Program-made: the position numbers and the translations under genes
Source of the DNA: the human T2T-CHM13v2.0 reference genome, Homo sapiens
NCBI RefSeq assembly: GCF_009914755.1
Contig: NC_060937.1
Reading direction: 5' to 3' (one strand)
Length of the DNA stretch: 64,000 nucleotides
Shown: piece after piece, positions 55,881 through 64,000 of the stretch
Layout: each line of letters starts with the position of its first letter
Numbering within the stretch: the first letter of the stretch is position 1
Notes under the pieces: generated by a model
What the model saw: only the letters and a program-made list of their open reading frames with translations
Told to the model about the DNA's origin: nothing
The model's database searches: none

Positions 55881-56676
55881 CACATTACACACTGATCTAG
55901 ATTTGAACATTTACCATCGTAATTACATTTTAGATCAATGTGCCTGACACATTATCCTTAAACATGGATAAAAATTTATTTAAAAATCATGACCATGTAT
56001 AATTTTCAGTGCTCATTTTTCACTCTAAAATATTTTAAATTATATTCTGAAGCTTATGAATTTTTCTTAAAAATAAAAGCAGAACTTCCTTAATTAGGAC
56101 TATGGTAGCATATATAGAGTTAGGTGAGTAGTGGACGGTCAAAAATATTTTAGTTAAAAAAAACTTGCAAGCCCATTGGGATTCAGTAATTATTCTTAAA
56201 CAACTAGAAATATCAAGTAGCACAATGAATAGATTAATATGAAAGTCAAATAATATAAAGCACATGTGTGATAAATAATACTTAACTTCTGAGGCTAAAA
56301 TATATACATAAAATAAGGAGTAATTTAGGTAGAAGTTTGTCCTTTTTATTCTACTGCAGCAAAGGTCCATGTGTAAAGAAAGAAGTATCTGCTAATGCTG
56401 AAGATTAATCATCATTCAAGCATTAAAAATCTTGTTATTTACTGGTTTGATGGAAAACAATATTTTTCACTGCCAAAAGCTTTCCTATTTCTATCAAATT
56501 TAGTGTTAGATATAATTAATTTTATAGGCAGGTTTTCACTTCAAGTGTCTGAATATAATTAAAAACTTACTAGAAGTAGCATTTTATATTCTAAAATAAA
56601 GTTAAGAAAATATCACAGAATCCTAATTTTTCATAGTTACATTATCTAGATCAAGCTAAAGTTTCCTAATACTTGC

Positions 56677-56844
56677 CTCTTGCAATCGAAAAACAACGGG
56701 GATTTTCTTTTCTGTACAGGCAGCTATGAAGTTATCAGGGAGTAACTGTCCATCTAAAAGAAACTGGTCATCTTTCCCTTGATCAATTAGTATGTCCAGC
56801 TGAGATCCTGGATAGGATTTCACAAGGTGGGTAGCATCATAAGC
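56677..56844 (-). CDS. ESD: ESD coding exon (catalytic Asp), followed by a GC donor
   Basis: ttacag|GCT acceptor; 168 nt; [56 protein letters not shown]; donor GAG|gcaagt. Confidence 0.97.
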
Positions 56845-58594
56845 CTGTAAAAAGAGAAGTAACATTGAAAAATAAATTCAAAGATACTCTTCAGGATATA
56901 CTATACTAGTACCAAACAGAAATTTAAAGTTATTTAAGCTCTTAGGCTGATTAAATCAGAAATATGCTTTTAAGTTGGTTCAAAATCTGACTTGCCAGGC
57001 TTTTATTTACAAGGTCTTCGGAATTCTATTTTCTAATAATAGTCTCTTCCCTACTTTCAAGCAGTCCTAGACTAGTGGCAAGAATCCCATATCTCAGGGA
57101 TTCTTAAGAAAATGGCCTTTTTCCTTCTAAACCTTTAATATTCTTAATCTCCTCTTGGCTCCAGCAAGAACATGATTTTTTTTCCTTTGTAACTCCTTCC
57201 ACAAATTGGAAACTAGAAGCTTCTTCTAACTCCATGATCTTTTTCCAAATATTCTCTATTTCAGATAATCTTTTTTTTTATGTCTCTTCTTTATGGCTGT
57301 AATTCCAGACATAAACACATTCAGCCTTCTTTTTTGCTGTTGAACAGCACCAAACCTCTGCTATCTACATAAGCTTTCAGAAACACCTGGTGTGAATCAT
57401 CTGAATCATATCAACATCATCTCAAATTTATTCTCTGAGGAGCTGCCACTAGTTACAATTTTATGTTTTATCATCCACCTCGAAATATTCTTATTCATAT
57501 ATATTCATTAACCACAACTTTATACATTGACCAAGACAAACAACCACGAAAAGATTTGTCCTCTAAGTATCCTGCTTTTGAAGGTTCTATTTCCTTTCAT
57601 CTTAGAGTGGGAGAGGACCTATAAAGTCTGACTAGTTAGTTCTAAATTCTATGATTTCATAATTCTACATGGTTTCCTGATTTCAATCGTAAATTAAATA
57701 ATACCCTAAATACAACATAATTAAGACAGTAAAATCTACTGTCACTTGGAGAAAAGTACATATCTAGATTCCTTTTTAGGTTACCTGTACCTCTACCTCT
57801 CACCTTCACCCTCCAATTAGTTGGTCTTTTACCCAATTCTTCTATTAGACCATAAGCCCCTGGTGGATGTGAAAGGGTCACCATTTTCGTGACAAAACAG
57901 CTCAGAACCTAGCATAGACTTTGCACCAGATGAAGACTCAAAACACTGATGTACATGCAATGTCAGTTCTCAAAGGACCTAATCCTAAATCATTTCTAGC
58001 ATTCTTCAAACATAGTAAAAATTCAAGCCTAAACAAAACTGTAATCTAGTTACTAAAGGATGAACCCTTTAATTAGTTAGAATTTCAGTAATCATCCTTA
58101 AATAAAATGTGTTGGAATTTCAATAATCATCCTTACATAAAATAGGGGTTCATGTAGGAATGAACCCTGAACACAGAACTATACTTTAAATACTTTAAGA
58201 CAAAGAAGTTGCATTTTTTACCCATTCAAGTATTTTCTGCTTGTTAACAATACACATCATGATGAGTTCATTTGCAAAGTATTCAAACTCTTGGCAGAGT
58301 TTGTAAATGGCCCATTTCTGCACAAGAGTAACATGGCTCTCAGGAAAAAGGGTCATTTTTATTTCCACTTGAAAGCACCTGTTTGCATGCTTGAAAAAGC
58401 AATCTTGCTGTGGGAATATTCACATAAATGTACATAACAGAATATCTATTTTTAAAGACTCGTGTCTGGAATTTAAAATCGAGATCTGAAATGCTAAATT
58501 TTGAAAACAAAGTAATTTAAAAAGCCAGGCTTCTTTGCTTCTATTACACAACTGAGCACATAGTTAATAAGAGGCAAGTCTAAATTTAGTAACA

Positions 58595-58782
58595 CAGGTT
58601 GAACATCCCTAATCCAAAAATCCAAAATCAGAAATGCTCCAAAATCTGAAACGTTTTGAGTACCCACATGACGCTTAAAGGTAATGCTCCAAGGAAATAC
58701 CCATTGTAGCATTTTGAATTTTTAGATTAGGGATGCTCAACCTGTAATATATGGTATTTTTAGATTAGGGATGCTCAACCTG
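58595..58782. mobile_element. Tigger4/Zombi-like MITE with a duplicated right TIR
   Basis: Left TIR CAGGTTGAACATCCCTAATC; right TIR GATTAGGGATGCTCAACCTG-TA present twice. Confidence 0.82.
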
Positions 58783-58927
58783 TAATATGTGGTATTTTTT
58801 GGTTAATTTAGAAGTGATGTTAATTTAGAAATAAAAATATAAATTAACCATTAGTAGAAAAAAAATATAGCCCCAGAATATCTGCCATGATTCAATACAA
58901 TTAGAAAGTAGGGTTTTTTGTTGATTT

Positions 58928-59030
58928 ATATATATATATATATAAAATAATATATATAATAATATATATAAAATAATATATATAATAATATATATCTCAT
59001 ATATTGATATATATATCGATATATATATAT
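58928..59030. repeat. (TA)n-rich low-complexity repeat
   Basis: Interrupted TA runs. Confidence 0.92.
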
Positions 59031-59155
59031 CTTTTGCTAATTTGTCTCAGCTCTAGAGCCCTAACATGAGCAGGGTAGGAATATAATATATGTCCAACCT
59101 TTTAAACAAACTTGAAACTTAAGAATGAGTATTAAGACAGCCATTCAGTACCTAC

Positions 59156-59254
59156 CTTCCATTTACTTTGATCTGTTCCCAAATATCCACTAAAGGCTTT
59201 TTTGCCCCAGGGACAGAGTACAGGGTTGCAAATTGGAGCAAATGCTGACACAGA
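59156..59254 (-). CDS. ESD: ESD coding exon
   Basis: ctgaag|TCT acceptor and AAG|gtaggt donor; 99 nt; [33 protein letters not shown]. Confidence 0.97.
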
Positions 59255-60716
59255 CTTCAGAAACAAAAGAAATTTAAAAACAAGTTATATTTTGCTAAAT
59301 TAAATATGAATAGATATTTGCAACTTACTTAAAAATATAGAAGTTACTTGCAACTTGCTTAAAAATTCTGACTTGCCATGAAAACCCTGTGAACAATTTT
59401 CCTTTTGATATATTGCTGGCTTAGATTGCAGGCCTTTCCATAATACATCTTTTGTGTATTCTATTAAGAGAGCTAATAAGTATAGTTGCTAAAATAATGC
59501 AAAACAATACATTGCAATTTAAGATACAAACAGAAGTCTATGTTCAGCGTTTCTGCTTTTTTAGCACTGAAAATTAATCTATAGTGATATAAAACAGTTC
59601 ATGCTTACCTTAGTGAACATGTTACTAAATCTGACACATTTCTCTTAAACAGTACCAACAAAGCAGTGAGCAATGCATTTCAATATGACAGAATTTTTAA
59701 TACAACTCTGTGTTCTATACAATGTTCTTTTTCACTGGATGAGATGCAGAGATGGGATCTCTCAACTTCAGAGTACTCATCAATGTAAATGTTTAGTGGT
59801 ATCTACTAGCTTTTTTAAAGGACAAAAAAATCAACTAAGTTTGCTTTTCTACCTCAGACATGATAGACTGCCTTAAAAAATGGAAATAAAAGTGCTTACT
59901 TAGAAAGCCCACTGTCAGGCCATGAATTAATAAAACTTGATAATAAAGCGTACCAAAAACAAAATATTTGATGCCACAGAAAGAAACTGTTATGAGAAAT
60001 GTTTTCATTTCTCAGTAGCACACCTAAAATAATCAAGTTCTTCCTAAGAGGAGGAAATGAATTAAACCAATTTTAAGGGCATGAACAGCCCTGTAAATTT
60101 AAAGGCAGAAGAAATTTTAAGATGCTAGTTGCTTTAACACTTCCTTATTCAACTCTTGTAACATGCTGTTCTGCACAGTATGACATACTACATATGGTAG
60201 TTATTCAAATTTGACTCTGGGAAAGGCTGAGAGTGATGTTTTTTAATCAAGCTGCATTTCAATTTTCATTAGAGGCATTAAGAACACAATTCTTAAGCTT
60301 CTACAAATCATATCTTTTACCTCAGAAAATCAAAGTCAACTTTACAAAGACATCCCTGGTAAGAATATAAATGATAGATCCTGCCACTATAACATTAATC
60401 AGTAATAATAACCTTTACAGAAAAAAAGTGTGTTCAAAACTATAGTTGGAATAAAAACAATTAAAGGAGAAGCTACATTTTATAATACTTCCAGTAGGCC
60501 AATAAGAAAGCACTCTTGCTGAATTCCTATGCGTCTGATTCTGCAGCATACACTCTATGGTCAAATTAAATACCCACCCTTCAAACACCCCAAAGTTCTC
60601 AACACTAGAAAAGTTTAGTTCCAATACTAACAATATTGTAATTTTACTCTTTGAAGGTTCCTAATATTATGTTATTCAAGAGAAATATTTATCACTAGAA
60701 GTTTAGATAATCTTAC

Positions 60717-60836
60717 TTTGTATTTTCCAGGATTTTTCAAAGCACAGATCAGAGCTCCATGACCTCCCATGGAGTGGCCAAAAATAGACATCCTTTGGGG
60801 ATCCACTGGAAAATTGGCATTTATGAGTTGGGGAAG
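60717..60836 (-). CDS. ESD: ESD coding exon (nucleophile elbow GHSMGG)
   Basis: ttttctag|CTT acceptor and AAA|gtaaga donor; 120 nt; [40 protein letters not shown] with the G-x-S-x-G alpha/beta-hydrolase motif. Confidence 0.98.
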
Positions 60837-61887
60837 CTAGAAAAAATTTAATAGTGTGACAAAAGATATCAAAGAAAATAAGTTCAGACATTTCAAAGTT
60901 ACAGAAAATAATTACACAATCAATACTGCCAAATCATAGTCTTACAATGGTTTGAACTAGTAACAATGAAAACAAAACAAAACTAAATCCTCAGGCAGAC
61001 CATGATTATTAATATATCCCTGGAAAATATATGGTACAGACTTCTTAGAAAACACTTTAGGAAGGTGATGCAGAAAGAACCTTTAAAATGCTTTTAAGTT
61101 TTGACCTAGTAATTTCACTTTTTGGAATATATTCTAAGGAAAAGTCCTTAGGGAGAAAACATTATGCACAAATATAATCAATGCAGTAATATTTATTAGG
61201 GTAAAAACATATACAAAACCATAAGTATTCTATAAGAGGAAAAAGTCAATTATGGCATATGACAGAATATTACACAATTATTAAAATCAGAATAACACTA
61301 GAAAATATTTTTATATGTAACTTAAAAAGAAGAAGAAAATAAAAAAGTTTAGAATTACGTGAAAACTAGTCATAGAAACAGTCTGGAACATACCAAAACA
61401 TAAGTGTTTTGGGGGGGTAACAGAATTATGGGTAATTAAAAACTTACACTATTGTTTCTAAGTTTTTATGATATACATAGTAACAATGAAAATCATATAA
61501 AATTCAGAAAATGCATAAGCAGCATACAAATATTATTAATAGAGGTAATGCTTTACCACTTATGTTTTCTAACTAAGCCTTGGCTTATCACTATAAAATA
61601 CATCCAAATGAACCAGCTGCCAGGCAAATTAAAGGTTTTTTTCATATACCATTTTCTTGGTTATTCTGGGTAGTATAAACAGGTCTCAATATAATGATTA
61701 TATTCTTTAATTGTACTTAGTGTTAATTTAAATTGCAGTAAATAGAACTACAGTACTAGCAAACTTTGGAATTTTTACTAGTAACTTTTATACCCTAGTT
61801 TAAAATCCTCAGGATTGTAAGGACTTTGTGTTCAAAATCAAACTCTTGGCAGTCATCAATTAATAATTACAATACAAATTAAATTAC

Positions 61888-62012
61888 CTCCTCTGTGACA
61901 TAAGAGTACATTCTGTAGTTGGTTTTCCAAGGATCTTCAGTGGCATCAACATAAAATCCAGCACCAGTGCCAAAGTCCCAGCTCTCATCTTCACCTTTAA
62001 TATTGCAGCCAC
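61888..62012 (-). CDS. ESD: ESD coding exon
   Basis: gatag|GT acceptor and GAG|gtaatt donor; 125 nt; (R)[41 protein letters not shown]. Confidence 0.98.
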
Positions 62013-63472
62013 CTATCAAGAAACAATCTTGTGGTTTCATCTGCTCTGTAGTAATGGCCCATGTTTAATAACACACTTTCAGATGAATCTGCAAGTCCAT
62101 TTGCATGGGAACTGTTCACCAAATGTTGTGAGCTCTCTGCCTTTTGGAGCACATGATAGGATTATACTTCCTGCTCCTCTTGCCCTTGAATGGGGCCCTG
62201 CGACTCGTTCTGGCCAATGAGGTAAAAAATGACCTTCCAAGCTGGAGTATTCAGCTGCCAAGGTAAGATACACTAACTTTCTTTGTTGATGAAGTTTCTT
62301 ATGTACTCTGAACATATGTTTCCTTACTCTGGTTTACCTGTCAAAAAGGACTTATATCCTCTTTTTATCTTTCAGAAATGTGTTGTGATCCCTTCCCTGA
62401 TGACCCTCTCTCACTATCAGCACTTTTTAAATTCTCTTTACACAGGAGTGGGGAGGCAGATGCTTGTGCTCAACTTACTATCTTGAACTGAAAATGTTTT
62501 CTAATATGCTTTCCATCACATTTTTCCTATCTATCCAACCTCCACTGGAATTTTCTTATGTTTCTTTTTAACTTGTTACATTTTATTTTATATACTTGCA
62601 TGTGGTTAAAAAGCCAACCATTGGGATTTTGAATAGAATTACAGTAACACGTAGAGTAATTTGGAGACATGACCTTGTCGTAAGATTCATTTTATCCATC
62701 TAGAAACACAGCATTTTCCCATTTATTAAAGTCTTCGTTTATGATAACAAAATTTTAGTTTCCCTTTTATATATCTATTTTCGTATTTTATATTTTTGAT
62801 ATTATTTTGAATTAAATCTGTTGTTATATTTCTAACCAGATATGCATTGTTTTTGTATAATATGGCCTGTGAAAGGAAATATACTACTTGCCAGGCCAGC
62901 CATATAACTTCCCTAGTTTTACTGCCATTTAAATTCCATTTCCTGAAACTTCTAGAGTCATAAAACAAGTTTTAACTGTCTGATGCATTGAGTCTCACGT
63001 AGTTGATATTTTCATTTCTCTAATGTAAATATTCAAATCATTTATATTAAAACTAATACTTGTTTAACTGTATGGTTGATGTTAACAGAGATGAAAAAAG
63101 ATGTAATTATCATGCAACAAGACAGTATACCTCTGGAATAGAAAAATAATTTCCTATGCATTACACATTAGTATTTTGACAGTAGTGCCAACATGATATA
63201 TGAATTGAGTTGCTCAATCTCTGCTTTGAAGTATCTTAATCTGTACAATGGGAATAGCAAAACTATCCTCTTTCATAAAGGCCATGTCATGAGTAAAATT
63301 CAATGAGGAAAATGTACAGCATGGTATTTTGGAGTCATGATGCCACTTGAAAGGTTAATAGAGATAACAGCAAAAATATAAAATGAATTGTATAATGTAT
63401 ATATCATACCACTTTATACCAGTCTTAAAGATTTAGATTTTTACAAAGGATATCTAGACCACAAACACTTAC

Positions 63473-63571
63473 GAGGGCTGGTATCTGGAGCAATGACAAC
63501 AAGACCATGTTCTGAAGCAGACTGATGATAACCAGATTTTGATATAAAATTTTGCTCTGTGCAAGTTAAAC
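63473..63571 (-). CDS. ESD: ESD coding exon (most 5' exon in the window; the gene continues beyond it)
   Basis: cttcag|GT acceptor and C|gtaagt donor; 99 nt; (G)[32 protein letters not shown](R); phase matches the next exon. Confidence 0.98.
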
Positions 63572-63592
63572 CTGAAGATAAAAAATATTGTT

Positions 63593-63820
63593 ATTGGGCA
63601 CACATGGACATGAAGATGTGCACCATTAATACTGGGGACTATTAGAGCAGGGGGAGACGGAGACGGACAAGGGCTGAAAAACTACCAGTTAGGTACTATG
63701 TTCACTACCCGGGTGATGGTATCTTTCATACCCCAAACCTCCATGTCACGCAATACGCTCATATAACAAACCTGCACGTGTACCCCTTTAATCTAAAATA
63801 AAAGTTGAAATTATTAAAAA
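63593..63820 (+). mobile_element. L1 3' UTR fragment (L1PB/L1MA-like)
   Basis: CACATGGACATGAAGATG...TGAAAAACTACC...AACAAACCTGCACGTGTACCCCT...AAAATAAAAGTTGAAA; same family as the element at 4068. Confidence 0.88.
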
Positions 63821-64000
63821 TAAATTATCTCATGCTATATTGTGAATGGTTTATAAGCTTTAAACTGTTTATAATACAGGAAAACAAGCTCATTTGGTAT
63901 TATTATTTTTTTTGCTTTAGAAACAATTTTGAGTAAGACACTAAAATTCACTTTTTCACAAAATTTGTAATAGTATTAACCTAAGAACTGTGTTAGGTTA

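Noticed and set aside
60703-60891. 62-aa minus-strand ORF overlapping an ESD exon
   Set aside because: Wrong frame; the real exon is 60717-60836 encoding GHSMGG.

Overview
Human (primate) genomic DNA, recognised from the translated exons as the convergent 3' ends of LRCH1 (+ strand) and ESD (esterase D / S-formylglutathione hydrolase, - strand), a pair I recall lying at 13q14. LRCH1 contributes three internal calponin-homology (CH) region exons and two alternative terminal exons: a proximal one ending in a hydrophobic tail (20895-21101) and a distal soluble one (29790-29900), each with its own 3' UTR and poly(A) signals. ESD contributes its last six coding exons, including the Ser-Asp-His triad; its final intron has a GC donor. 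The rest is intronic or intergenic DNA rich in Alu, L1, MaLR/ERVL LTR, MIR and DNA-transposon relics. No prokaryotic-type system, CRISPR array or RNA gene is visible, and I cannot claim a new gene. The best leads are: the membrane-versus-soluble last-exon switch; a candidate recursive splice site between the two last exons; seed sites for all four miR-17~92 families in the distal UTR; a TGACA palindrome cluster in the ESD GC-AG intron; and several template-switch scars. Exon coordinates were checked by reading frame; repeat boundaries and subfamilies are by-eye estimates.
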